Part shown: piece by piece, positions 22,601 through 35,805 of the stretch
How the letters are laid out: every line of letters starts with the position of its first letter
Position numbering within the stretch: position 1 is the stretch's first letter
Assembly: GCA_040954595.2 (NCBI GenBank)
Contig: CM082595.2
Coordinates: forward strand, 9,227,918 to 9,291,917
Direction of reading: 5' to 3'
Length of the DNA: 64,000 nucleotides
DNA from: Balanoglossus misakiensis
Lineage: Eukaryota > Animalia > Hemichordata
Notes under the pieces: model-generated
Database searches by the model: none
What the model was told of the DNA's origin: nothing
What the model saw: only the letters and a program-made list of their open reading frames with translations
Position numbers and translations under genes: made by a program

Positions 22601-25600
22601 CCAGGCCATAGTGGACAGTGTTCTGCCCATTAATTTTGAGTGTTTGGTGGGGTCAACCTTTGCGTCAACATTAACCAGAGCACACAGTAACCAGGCCGTA
22701 GTGGACAGTGTTCTGCCCATTAATTTTGAGTGTTTGGTGGGGTCAACCTTTGCGTCAACATTAACCAGAGCACAGAGTAACCAGGCCATAGTGGACAGTG
22801 TTCTGCCCATTAATTTTGAGTGTTTGGTGGGGTCAACCTTTGCGTCAACATTAACTAGGCCAGAGTGGCCAGTATCGTGCCCATTAATTTTGAGTGTTTG
22901 GTGGGGTCAACCTTTGCGTCAACATTAACTAGGCCAGAGTGGCCAGTATCGTGCCCATTAATTTTGAGTGTTTGGTGGGGTCAACCTTTGCGTCAACATT
23001 AACTAGGCCAGAGTGGCCAGTATCGTGCCCATTAATTTTGAGTGTTTGGTGGGGGTCAACCTTTGCGTCAACATTAACCAGAGCACACAGTAACCAGGCC
23101 GTAGTGGACAGTGTTCTGCCCATTAATTTTGAGTGTTTGGTGGGGTCAACCTTTGCGTCAACATTAACCAGAGCACACAGTAACCAGGCCATAGTGGACA
23201 GTGTGCTGCCCATTAATTTTGAGTGTTTGGTGGGGTCAACCTTTGCGTCAACATTAACCAGAGCACACAGTAACCAGGCCGTAGTGGACAGTGTTCTGCC
23301 CATTAATTTTGAGTGTTTGGTGGGGTCAACCTTTGCGTCAACATTAACCAGAGCACACAGTAACCAGGCCGTAGTGGACAGTGTTCTGCCCATTAATTTT
23401 GAGTGTTTGGTGGGGTCAACCTTTGCGTCAACATTAACCAGAGCACACAGTAACCAGGCCATAGTGGACAGTGTTCTGCCCATTAATTTTGAGTGTTTGG
23501 TGGGGTCAACCTTTGCGTCAACATTAACCAGAGCACACAGTAACCAGGCCATAGTGGACAGTGTGCTGCCCATTAATTTTGAGTGTTTGGTGGGGTCAAC
23601 CTTTGCGTCAACATTAACCAGAGCACACAGTAACCAGGCCATAGTGGACAGTATGCTGCCCATTGATTTTGAGTGTTTGGTGGCGTCAACCTTTGCGTCA
23701 ACATTAACCAGAGCACACAATAACCAGGCCGTAGTGGACAGTGTTCTGCCCATTAATTTTGAGTGTTTGGTGGGGTCAACCTTTGCGTCAACATTAACCA
23801 GAGCACACAGTAACCAGGCCATAGTGGACAGTGTTCTGCCCATTAATTTTGAGTGTTTGGTGGGGTCAACCTTTGCGTCAACATTAACCAGAGCACACAG
23901 TAACCAGGCCGTAGTGGACAGTGTGCTGCCCATTAATTTTGAGTGTTTGGTGGGGTCAACCTTTGCGTCAACATTAACTAGGCCAGAGTGGCCAGTATCG
24001 TGCCCATTAATTTTGAGTGTTTCGTGGGGGTCAACCTTTGCGTCAACATTAACTAGGCCAGAGTGGCCAGTATCGTGCCCATTAATTTTGAGTGTTTGGT
24101 GGGGGTCAACCTTTGCGTCAACATTAACTAGGCCAGAGTGGCCAGTATCCTGCCCATTAATTTTGAGTGTTTGGTGGGGTCAACCTTTGCATCATCATTA
24201 ACCAGAGCACACAGTAACCAGGCCATAGTGGACAGTGTTCTGCCCATTAATTTTGAGTGTTTGGTGGGGTCAACCTTTGCGTCAACATTAACCAGAGCAC
24301 ACAGTAACCAGGCCATAGTGGACAGTGTGCTGCCCATTAATTTTGAGTGTTTGGTGGGGTCAACCTTTGCGTCAACATTAACCAGAGCACACAGTAACCA
24401 GGCCATAGTGGACAGTGTTCTGCCCATTAATTTTGAGTGTTTGGTGGGGTCAACCTTTGCGTCAACATTAACCAGAGCACACAGTAACCAGGCCGTAGTG
24501 GACAGTGTTCTGCCCATTAATTTTGAGTGTTTGGTGGGGTCAACCTTTGCGTCAACATTAACCAGAGCACACAGTAACCAGGCCATAGTGGACAGTGTGC
24601 TGCCCATTAATTTTGAGTGTTTGGTGGGGTCAACCTTTGCGTCAACATTAACCAGAGCACACAGTAACCAGGCCGTAGTGGACAGTGTTCTGCCCATTAA
24701 TTTTGAGTGTTTGGTGGGGTCAACCTTTGCGTCAACATTAACCAGAGCACACAGTAACCAGGCCATAGTGGACAGTGTTCTGCCCATTAATTTTGAGTGT
24801 TTGGTGGGGTCAACCTTTGCGTCAACATTAACCAGAGCACACAGTAACCAGGCCGTAGTGGACAGTGTTCTGCCCATTAATTTTGAGTGTTTGGTGGGGT
24901 CAACCTTTGCGTCAACATTAACCAGAGCACAGAGTAACCAGGCCATAGTGGACAGTGTTCTGCCCATTAATTTTGAGTGTTTGGTGGGGTCAACCTTTGC
25001 GTCAACATTAACTAGGCCAGAGTGGCCAGTATCGTGCCCATTAATTTTGAGTGTTTGGTGGGGTCAACCTTTGCGTCAACATTAACTAGGCCAGAGTGGC
25101 CAGTATCGTGCCCATTAATTTTGAGTGTTTGGTGGGGTCAACCTTTGCGTCAACATTAACTAGGCCAGAGTGGCCAGTATCGTGCCCATTAATTTTGAGT
25201 GTTTGGTGGGGTCAACCTTTGCGTCAACATTAACTAGGCCAGAGTGGCCAGTATCGTGCCCATTAATTTTGAGTGTTTGGTGGGGGTCAACCTTTGCGTC
25301 AACATTAACCAGAGCACACAGTAACCAGGCCGTAGTGGACAGTGTTCTGCCCATTAATTTTGAGTGTTTGGTGGGGTCAACCTTTGCGTCAACATTAACC
25401 AGAGCACACAGTAACCAGGCCATAGTGGACAGTGTGCTGCCCATTAATTTTGAGTGTTTGGTGGGGTCAACCTTTGCGTCAACATTAACCAGAGCACACA
25501 GTAACCAGGCCGTAGTGGACAGTGTTCTGCCCATTAATTTTGAGTGTTTGGTGGGGTCAACCTTTGCGTCAACATTAACCAGAGCACACAGTAACCAGGC

Positions 25601-28600
25601 CGTAGTGGACAGTGTTCTGCCCATTAATTTTGAGTGTTTGGTGGGGTCAACCTTTGCGTCAACATTAACCAGAGCACACAGTAACCAGGCCATAGTGGAC
25701 AGTGTTCTGCCCATTAATTTTGAGTGTTTGGTGGGGTCAACCTTTGCGTCAACATTAACCAGAGCACACAGTAACCAGGCCGTAGTGGACAGTGTTCTGC
25801 CCATTAATTTTGAGTGTTTGGTGGGGTCAACCTTTGCGTCAACATTAACCAGAGCACACAGTAACCAGGCCATAGTGGACAGTGTGCTGCCCATTAATTT
25901 TGAGTGTTTGGTGGGGTCAACCTTTGCGTCAACATTAACCAGAGCACACAGTAACCAGGCCATAGTGGACAGTGTTCTGCCCATTAATTTTGAGTGTTTG
26001 GTGGGGTCAACCTTTGCGTCAACATTAACCAGAGCACACAGTAACCAGGCCATAGTGGACAGTATGCTGCCCATTGATTTTGAGTGTTTGGTGGCGTCAA
26101 CCTTTGCGTCAACATTAACCAGAGCACACAATAACCAGGCCGTAGTGGACAGTGTTCTGCCCATTAATTTTGAGTGTTTGGTGGGGTCAACCTTTGCGTC
26201 AACATTAACCAGAGCACACAGTAACCAGGCCGTAGTGGACAGTGTGCTGCCCATTAATTTTGAGTGTTTGGTGGGGTCAACCTTTGCGTCAACATTAACC
26301 AGAGCACACAGTAACCAGGCCGTAGTGGACAGTGTTCTGCCCATTAATTTTGAGTGTTTGGTGGGGTCAACCTTTGCGTCAACATTAACCAGAGCACACA
26401 GTAACCAGGCCGTAGTGGACAGTGTTCTGCCCATTAATTTTGAGTGTTTGGTGGGGTCAACCTTTGCGTCAACATTAACCAGAGCACACAGTAACCAGGC
26501 CATAGTGGACAGTGTTCTGCCCATTAATTTTGAGTGTTTGGTGGGGTCAACCTTTGCGTCAACATTAACCAGAGCACACAGTAACCAGGCCGTAGTGGAC
26601 AGTGTTCTGCCCATTAATTTTGAGTGTTTGGTGGGGTCAACCTTTGCGTCAACATTAACCAGAGCACACAGTAACCAGGCCATAGTGGACAGTGTTCTGC
26701 CCATTAATTTTGAGTGTTTGGTGGGGTCAACCTTTGCGTCAACATTAACCAGAGCACACAGTAACCAGGCCGTAGTGGACAGTGTTCTGCCCATTAATTT
26801 TGAGTGTTTGGTGGGGTCAACCTTTGCGTCAACATTAACCAGAGCACACAGTAACCAGGCCGTAGTGGACAGTGTTCTGCCCATTAATTTTGAGTGTTTG
26901 GTGGGGTCAACCTTTGCGTCAACATTAACCAGAGCACACAGTAACCAGGCCATAGTGGACAGTGTTCTGCCCATTAATTTTGAGTGTTTGGTGGGGTCAA
27001 CCTTTGCGTCAACATTAACCAGAGCACACAGTAACCAGGCCGTAGTGGACAGTGTTCTGCCCATTAATTTTGAGTGTTTGGTGGGGTCAACCTTTGCGTC
27101 AACATTAACCAGAGCACACAGTAACCAGGCCATAGTGGACAGTGTGCTGCCCATTAATTTTGAGTGTTTGGTGGGGTCAACCTTTGCGTCAACATTAACC
27201 AGAGCACACAGTAACCAGGCCGTAGTGGACAGTGTTCTGCCCATTAATTTTGAGTGTTTGGTGGGGTCAACCTTTGCGTCAACATTAACCAGAGCACACA
27301 GTAACCAGGCCATAGTGGACAGTGTGCTGCCCATTAATTTTGAGTGTTTGGTGGGGTCAACCTTTGCGTCAACATTAACCAGAGCACACAGTAACCAGGC
27401 CGTAGTGGACAGTGTTCTGCCCATTAATTTTGAGTGTTTGGTGGGGTCAACCTTTGCGTCAACATTAACCAGAGCACACAGTAACCAGGCCATAGTGGAC
27501 AGTGTTCTGCCCATTAATTTTGAGTGTTTGGTGGGGTCAACCTTTGCGTCAACATTAACCAGAGCACACAGTAACCAGGCCGTAGTGGACAGTGTTCTGC
27601 CCATTAATTTTGAGTGTTTGGTGGGGTCAACCTTTGCGTCAACATTAACCAGAGCACACAGTAACCAGGCTGTAGTGGACAGTGTTCTGCCCATTAATTT
27701 TGAGTGTTTGGTGGGGTCAACCTTTGCGTCAACATTAACCAGAGCACAGAGTAACCAGGCCATAGTGGACAGTGTTCTGCCCATTAATTTTGAGTGTTTG
27801 GTGGGGTCAACCTTTGCGTCAACATTAACTAGGCCAGAGTGGCCAGTATCGTGCCCATTAATTTTGAGTGTTTGGTGGGGTCAACCTTTGCGTCAACATT
27901 AACTAGGCCAGAGTGGCCAGTATCGTGCCCATTAATTTTGAGTGTTTGGTGGGGTCAACCTTTGCGTCAACATTAACTAGGCCAGAGTGGCCAGTATCGT
28001 GCCCATTAATTTTGAGTGTTTGGTGGGGGTCAACCTTTGCGTCAACATTAACCAGAGCACACAGTAACCAGGCCGTAGTGGACAGTGTTCTGCCCATTAA
28101 TTTTGAGTGTTTGGTGGGGTCAACCTTTGCGTCAACATTAACCAGAGCACACAGTAACCAGGCCATAGTGGACAGTGTGCTGCCCATTAATTTTGAGTGT
28201 TTGGTGGGGTCAACCTTTGCGTCAACATTAACCAGAGCACACAGTAACCAGGCCGTAGTGGACAGTGTTCTGCCCATTAATTTTGAGTGTTTGGTGGGGT
28301 CAACCTTTGCGTCAACATTAACCAGAGCACACAGTAACCAGGCCGTAGTGGACAGTGTTCTGCCCATTAATTTTGAGTGTTTGGTGGGGTCAACCTTTGC
28401 GTCAACATTAACCAGAGCACACAGTAACCAGGCCATAGTGGACAGTGTTCTGCCCATTAATTTTGAGTGTTTGGTGGGGTCAACCTTTGCGTCAACATTA
28501 ACCAGAGCACACAGTAACCAGGCCGTAGTGGACAGTGTTCTGCCCATTAATTTTGAGTGTTTGGTGGGGTCAACCTTTGCGTCAACATTAACCAGAGCAC

Positions 28601-31600
28601 ACAGTAACCAGGCCATAGTGGACAGTGTGCTGCCCATTAATTTTGAGTGTTTGGTGGGGTCAACCTTTGCGTCAACATTAACCAGAGCACACAGTAACCA
28701 GGCCATAGTGGACAGTATGCTGCCCATTGATTTTGAGTGTTTGGTGGCGTCAACCTTTGCGTCAACATTAACCAGAGCACACAATAACCAGGCCGTAGTG
28801 GACAGTGTTCTGCCCATTAATTTTGAGTGTTTGGTGGGGTCAACCTTTGCGTCAACATTAACCAGAGCACACAGTAACCAGGCCATAGTGGACAGTGTTC
28901 TGCCCATTAATTTTGAGTGTTTGGTGGGGTCAACCTTTGCGTCAACATTAACCAGAGCACACAGTAACCAGGCCGTAGTGGACAGTGTGCTGCCCATTAA
29001 TTTTGAGTGTTTGGTGGGGTCAACCTTTGCGTCAACATTAACTAGGCCAGAGTGGCCAGTATCGTGCCCATTAATTTTGAGTGTTTCGTGGGGGTCAACC
29101 TTTGCGTCAACATTAACTAGGCCAGAGTGGCCAGTATCGTGCCCATTAATTTTGAGTGTTTGGTGGGGGTCAACCTTTGCGTCAACATTAACTAGGCCAG
29201 AGTGGCCAGTATCCTGCCCATTAATTTTGAGTGTTTGGTGGGGTCAACCTTTGCATCATCATTAACCAGAGCACACAGTAACCAGGCCATAGTGGACAGT
29301 GTTCTGCCCATTAATTTTGAGTGTTTGGTGGGGTCAACCTTTGCGTCAACATTAACCAGAGCACACAGTAACCAGGCCATAGTGGACAGTGTGCTGCCCA
29401 TTAATTTTGAGTGTTTGGTGGGGTCAACCTTTGCGTCAACATTAACCAGAGCACACAGTAACCAGGCCATAGTGGACAGTGTTCTGCCCATTAATTTTGA
29501 GTGTTTGGTGGGGTCAACCTTTGCGTCAACATTAACCAGAGCACACAGTAACCAGGCCGTAGTGGACAGTGTTCTGCCCATTAATTTTGAGTGTTTGGTG
29601 GGGTCAACCTTTGCGTCAACATTAACCAGAGCACACAGTAACCAGGCCATAGTGGACAGTGTGCTGCCCATTAATTTTGAGTGTTTGGTGGGGTCAACCT
29701 TTGCGTCAACATTAACCAGAGCACACAGTAACCAGGCCGTAGTGGACAGTGTTCTGCCCATTAATTTTGAGTGTTTGGTGGGGTCAACCTTTGCGTCAAC
29801 ATTAACCAGAGCACACAGTAACCAGGCCATAGTGGACAGTGTTCTGCCCATTAATTTTGAGTGTTTGGTGGGGTCAACCTTTGCGTCAACATTAACTAGG
29901 CCAGAGTGGCCAGTATCGTGCCCATTAATTTTGAGTGTTTGGTGGGGTCAACCTTTGCGTCAACATTAACTAGGCCAGAGTGGCCAGTATCGTGCCCATT
30001 AATTTTGAGTGTTTGGTGGGGTCAACCTTTGCGTCAACATTAACTAGGCCAGAGTGGCCAGTATCGTGCCCATTAATTTTGAGTGTTTGGTGGGGTCAAC
30101 CTTTGCGTCAACATTAACTAGGCCAGAGTGGCCAGTATCGTGCCCATTAATTTTGAGTGTTTGGTGGGGGTCAACCTTTGCGTCAACATTAACCAGAGCA
30201 CACAGTAACCAGGCCGTAGTGGACAGTGTTCTGCCCATTAATTTTGAGTGTTTGGTGGGGTCAACCTTTGCGTCAACATTAACCAGAGCACACAGTAACC
30301 AGGCCATAGTGGACAGTGTGCTGCCCATTAATTTTGAGTGTTTGGTGGGGTCAACCTTTGCGTCAACATTAACCAGAGCACACAGTAACCAGGCCGTAGT
30401 GGACAGTGTTCTGCCCATTAATTTTGAGTGTTTGGTGGGGTCAACCTTTGCGTCAACATTAACCAGAGCACACAGTAACCAGGCCATAGTGGACAGTGTG
30501 CTGCCCATTAATTTTGAGTGTTTGGTGGGGTCAACCTTTGCGTCAACATTAACCAGAGCACACAGTAACCAGGCCATAGTGGACAGTGTTCTGCCCATTA
30601 ATTTTGAGTGTTTGGTGGGGTCAACCTTTGCGTCAACATTAACCAGAGCACACAGTAACCAGGCCATAGTGGACAGTATGCTGCCCATTGATTTTGAGTG
30701 TTTGGTGGCGTCAACCTTTGCGTCAACATTAACCAGAGCACACAATAACCAGGCCGTAGTGGACAGTGTTCTGCCCATTAATTTTGAGTGTTTGGTGGGG
30801 TCAACCTTTGCGTCAATATTAACCAGAGCACACAGTAACCAGGCCATAGTGGACAGTGTTCTGCCCATTAATTTTGAGTGTTTGGTGGGGTCAACCTTTG
30901 CGTCAACATTAACCAGAGCACACAGTAACAAGGCCGTAGTGGACAGTGTGCTGCCCATTAATTTTGAGTGTTTGGTGGGGTCAACCTTTGCGTCAACATC
31001 AACTAGGCCAGAGTGGCCAGTATCGTGCCCATTAATTTTGAGTGTTTCGTGGGGGTCAACCTTTGCGTCAACATTAACTAGGCCAGAGTGGCCAGTATCG
31101 TGCCCATTAATTTTGAGTGTTTGGTGGGGGTCAACCTTTGCGTCAACATTAACTAGGCCAGAGTGGCCAGTATCCTGCCCATTAATTTTGAGTGTTTGGT
31201 GGGGTCAACCTTTGCATCAACATTAACCAGAGCACACAGTAACCAGGCCATAGTGGACAGTGTTCTGCTCATTAATTTTGAGTGTTTGGTGGGGTCAACC
31301 TTTGCATCAACATTAACCAGAGCACACAGTAACCAGGCCGTAGTGGACAGTGTGCTGCCCATTAATTTTGAGTGTTTGGTGGGGTCAACCTTTGCGTCAA
31401 CATTAACTAGGCCAGAGTGACCAGTATCGTGCCCATTAATTTTGAGTGTTTGGTGGGGGTCAACCTTTGCGTCAACATTAACTAGGCCAGAGTGGCCAGT
31501 ATCCTGCCCATTAATTTTGAGTGTTTGGTGGGGTCAACCTTTGCATCAACATTAACCAGAGCACACAGTAACCAGGCCATAGTGGACAGTGTTCTGCCCA

Positions 31601-32045
31601 TTAATTTTGAGTGTTTGGTGGGGTCAACCTTTGCATCAACATTAACCAGAGCACACAGTAACCAGGCCGTAGTGGACAGTGTGCTGCCCATTAATTTTGA
31701 GTGTTTGGTGGGGTCAACATTTGCGTCAACATTAACCAGAGCACACAGTAACCAGGCCATAGTGGACAGTATGCTGCCCATTGATTTTGAGTGTTTGGTG
31801 GGGTCAACCTTTGCGTCAACATTAACTAGGCCAGAGTGGCCAGTATCGTGCCCATTAATTTTGAGTGTTTGGTGGGGGTCAACCTTTGCGTCAACATTAA
31901 CTAGGCCAGAGTGGCCAGTATGCTGCCTATTAATTTTGAGTGTTTGGTGGGGTCAACCTTTGCGTCAACATTAAGCAGGCCAGACAGTAACCAGGCCAGA
32001 GTGGACAGTATCCTGCCTATTAATTTTGAGTGATTTGTGGGTCAA
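13614..32045. repeat. Satellite DNA array: 90-bp monomer A interleaved with 74/75-bp monomer B
   Basis: A=CATTAACCAGAGCACACAGTAACCAGGCC(G/A)TAGTGGACAGTGT(T/G)CTGCCCATTAATTTTGAGTGTTTGGTGGGGTCAACCTTTGCGTCAA; B=CATTAACTAGGCCAGAGTGGCCAGTATCGTGCCC plus the same tail. About 44 B units in 13 blocks (hand count) and ~165-170 A units (by subtraction), all head-to-tail. Confidence 0.98.
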
Positions 32046-32989
32046 TTTGATCAAATACTGCCTACCGCTGGCGCTGCATATTTGAAGAAATGTGAAAAGA
32101 TGGCAAGACAGGTTTGGTAAATGTGGGCCCCCTAACTGAAGCAAAAGCACAAACTTAAAACAAAGATATGAATTTGGAAGAGTTTTATTTATTACATATG
32201 AAAAATAATGAAGACTTATGCTTCAAAGTAAGTATCGACGGAGTCGAACCGCCAATGCTGCAATGGCATTATACCCATAATACTTTTTTGCTTTTTGCAT
32301 GAATTTCATTATTTTTCATATGCTGTGCAGCTAAAGTGTGGCTAGATGGCTAACTGCTGATGTAAAATATCTTGCATACCAATTTGGAACAATTACCCCA
32401 AGTAGTGGTCAAACAGAAACAATGCTTGCATTCAATTTAAAACAAGGTGACAAAAGTGGTTGAAATGAAACAATAAGCAAAAACAGTGTTTATCAAACTG
32501 AAATAATGTGGTCGAAATGAAACAATGAGCAAAAACAGTGTTTATCAAACTGAAATAATGTGCCAAAATAGCTCCTGTTGATATTGCACAAAATTAACTG
32601 TTGCATTCTACCCTTGAGTTAATTTTTATTTCCAGGCAATTATGTGCTTAATACTAAATATTATCTATGGGTACAAACCATCAGTTTCTTAAGTGCAAAT
32701 CGCAAGAAGCTCCCCCATACAATTTTAGTGTTTTTTTAAATCAAGCAAGATAATTACATACTGTGTGATAAACTAACTAACTTTACGCGCCTGGGGACAG
32801 TTAAAAACCTCGAGCCAAATATAAAATGAGGAAAAACTGCCCCCTCCCCCGTTGTGAATTTTAAAAGGTTGGGGCTTAAACTAACCAGAATTGTCTTGCC
32901 GACTCCTATTTTTCTGTGTACATTTTGATGTATTGTTGTTACGCGAGATTGAGGATTCGTGTTGATGCGGGAATTACGATGACGAAAGC

Positions 32990-33186
32990 AAAAAATCCAT
33001 CGGCGAATCAAACGGGCACACGGCGAAATTCCATTACACGACGATCCAACTGCGATGAAGAACGCGAACGCGGGTAACGTTGTAAAAAATCCATCGGCGA
33101 ATCAAACGGGCACACGGCGAAATTCCATTACATGACGAGCGACCTGCAATGAAGAACGCGAACGCGGGTAACGCTGCAAAAAATCC
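32990..33186. repeat. Tandem duplication, 94-bp unit x2, CpG-rich
   Basis: AAAAAATCCATCGGCGAATCAAACGGGCACACGGCGAAATTCCATTACA...GAAGAACGCGAACGCGGGTAACG repeated twice. Confidence 0.85.
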
Positions 33187-33609
33187 GCAGACAATTATTA
33201 CACGAATGCATAGCAACAATTATTTTACCCAACCTGACACTAATAAATTACCCAATGATTTTAAATTTCTTATTATTACACCCCAACTAATCATTATACC
33301 TTTGTAATATTAACACCGTTTATACACATCCCATAATGTTTATACCATCAAGTTAATACCATTTTATTATTATTATACCACCAAAACCATGTGTTACCCA
33401 TTTTTTTTATTATTACACCATTGATGTTAACACCTTTATATATTATACCGGTATTTACCCTCTGTACATGTACAGTTTTTATTTACCACGTGGCATTACT
33501 CATGTTTTTATAGTATTTTAATTACTTATCATACCCTTGAAACCATAATATTATACCCTTGCAGACAGTTTTATTATAGTACCCTTGTGCACAATGTCTT
33601 ATTAGTCAT

Positions 33610-33790
33610 CATACACCAACCCTTCACCATTTCATTAGATTATACCATTTTTATTAGCCTAACCTGTTTATACACCAACCCTTCACCATTCCGTTAGATT
33701 ATACCATTTTTTATTACCCTAACATATTCATACACCAACCCTTTACCATTCCCTCAGATTAAACCATTTTTATTAGCCTAACCTATTGAC
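33610..33790. repeat. Tandem repeat, ~60-bp unit x3
   Basis: ATACACCAACCCTTCACCATT..TTAGATTATACCATTTTTATTAGCCTAAC. Confidence 0.85.
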
Positions 33791-33969
33791 AGCATCCCTC
33801 TGGTTTTGATATTGTTATCTGGTGCGGCGTTGTTGTAGATATTGATTAGACTCCCTCCGGCGATGATAATACCAATGAACCTATTGAAAAAAAAGAATGA
33901 ATATTATTAATTAGATCAGATCAACAAATTATGGCGTCGTTCATCCCTCTGGTCACAGGAGCATCATCT

Positions 33970-34747
33970 GGCGTCGTTACAGGTTTAAGTTCATCCCTCC
34001 AGTACAGTATAAGGTGGCGGCGTCGTTACAAGTATTAAGTTCATCTCTCCAGTACAGTATTAGGTGGCGGCGGCGTTACAAGTATTAACTTCATCTCTCC
34101 AGTACAGTATTAGGTGGCGGCGTCGTTACAAGTATTAACTTCATCTCTCCAGTACAGTATTAGGTGGCGGCGTCGTTACAAGTTTAAGTTCATCCCTCCA
34201 GTACAGTATTAGGTGGCGGCGTCGTTACAAGTATTAACTTCATCTCTCCAGTACAGTATTAGGTGGCGGCGTCGTTACAAGTATTAACTTCATCTCTCCA
34301 GTACAGTATTAGGTGGCGGCGTCGTTACAAGTATTAACTTCATCTCTCCAGTACAGTATTAGGTGGCGGCGTCGTTACAAGTATTAACTTCATCTCTCCA
34401 GTACAGTATTAGGTGGCGGCGTCGTTACAAGTATTAAGTTCATCTCTCCAGTACAGTATTAGGTGGCGGCGTCGTTACAAGTATTAACTTCATCTCTCCA
34501 GTACAGTATTAGGTGGCGGCGTCGTTACAAGTATTAACTTCATCTCTCCAGTACAGTATTAGGTGGCGGCGTCGTTACAAGTATTAACTTCATCTCTCCA
34601 GTACAGTATTAGGTGGCGGCGTCGTTACAAGTATTAACTTCATCTCTCCAGTACAGTATTAGGTGGCGGCGTCGTTACAAGTTTAAGTTCATACCTCCAG
34701 TACAGTATTAGGTGGCGACGTCGTTACAAATATTACACTCCCTCCAG
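33970..34747. repeat. Minisatellite, 50-bp unit, ~15.5 copies
   Basis: AGGTGGCGGCGTCGTTACAAGTATTAACTTCATCTCTCCAGTACAGTATT. Confidence 0.96.
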
Positions 34748-35504
34748 CAGCAGTGTTACCAAAGAACCTAATGTAAAAAAAGAATAAAATTATTTTAATA
34801 ATCTGATTAGGTCAAGTCATCATATTGATAAAGAAAACGACAAGAAGAAATCATTTAAAAATTAACGCTGCCAGCACCATTGGTTGGGCCCAAACAGTTC
34901 CCATGGTTACCAGGGTATGCCAAGGCTGTATTCTGCTGTGAATACCAAGATATATGAAAGCTGGTCAAAGGTTACCCCAAGGTCATTGAAAATCGCAAAA
35001 AATAGCGTCAAGGACACTGTGGTCTCATTTAGTGATTACACTAGAAAAAGTCTACACAGGAGTACAGACAGACAGACACACACATAGAGAGGCAATAAAA
35101 TATGATGCCCCCCCCAGCCCCGAAAACATCTTGATCTTATGTATGCTGGCCTGGTACAATAGACAAACCAGCCAATTAATGAAAATTTTGTACAAATACA
35201 GAGCTCAAAGTTGCATTTTAGTGAGCCCAAAAGCAAATTAACTCAATGTTATGACAAATTTTACTTTTGCCACTCAAAGTTTGCATCGGTGGGGTGGGAT
35301 GGCAAGTACTCTTCCCTGATACAATAGACAAACCAGCCAATAAATGAAATGAGGTGAAGAATGAAGGTGAAGAATGAATAACTTTATTTGATTCCATTAT
35401 CTAAACAAACACATCCAATTAACTTCCTACTCAAATTTCAAAGTAATCAGTCATAGGTTTTGTAAATCATCATGAGAAATCACCCTGAAACCAAATCAAA
35501 TCAA

Positions 35505-35805
35505 AAATCATATAAGCCTAGTCGGGCTCTGCGCTCCAGCTCAAGGAACCAGTTGTGTGTACCAAAGTACAGACTCAAAACATATGGTGGATGTGCCTTT
35601 TCCCTTGTCGCGCCACAACTTTGGAATTCTCTGCCATCTGACATTCAACAGGCTTCTAGTCTCAACATTTTCAAACAAAAACTCAAGACATTTCTATTTG
35701 TCAAAGCCTACGAACACTGATGTTATACTTTCAGCGCCTTTGGAAATAACATTGTTATTGATTCTGGCGCTTTATAAATGTTTGTTTTGATTTGATTTGA
35801 TTTGA
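35505..35805 (+). mobile_element. LINE 3' end (L2/CR1 group), 5'-truncated
   Basis: SYKPSRALRSS...AFSLVAPQLWNSLPSDIQQASSLNIFKQKLKTFLF*; 3' UTR with CAGCGCC...GGCGCTTTATAAAT; (TTTGA)n tail. Confidence 0.88.

Noticed and set aside
13462-31974. Long repetitive ORFs on both strands (up to 1228 aa)
   Set aside because: The 90-bp unit is a multiple of 3, so any stop-free frame extends indefinitely. Frames are broken by 74-bp and 89-bp units and by a TTA>TAA variant at ~14363. There is no domain similarity or splice structure.
13614-32045. CRISPR-like repeat/spacer appearance
   Set aside because: Only two related insert types rather than unique spacers, no cas genes, eukaryotic context.
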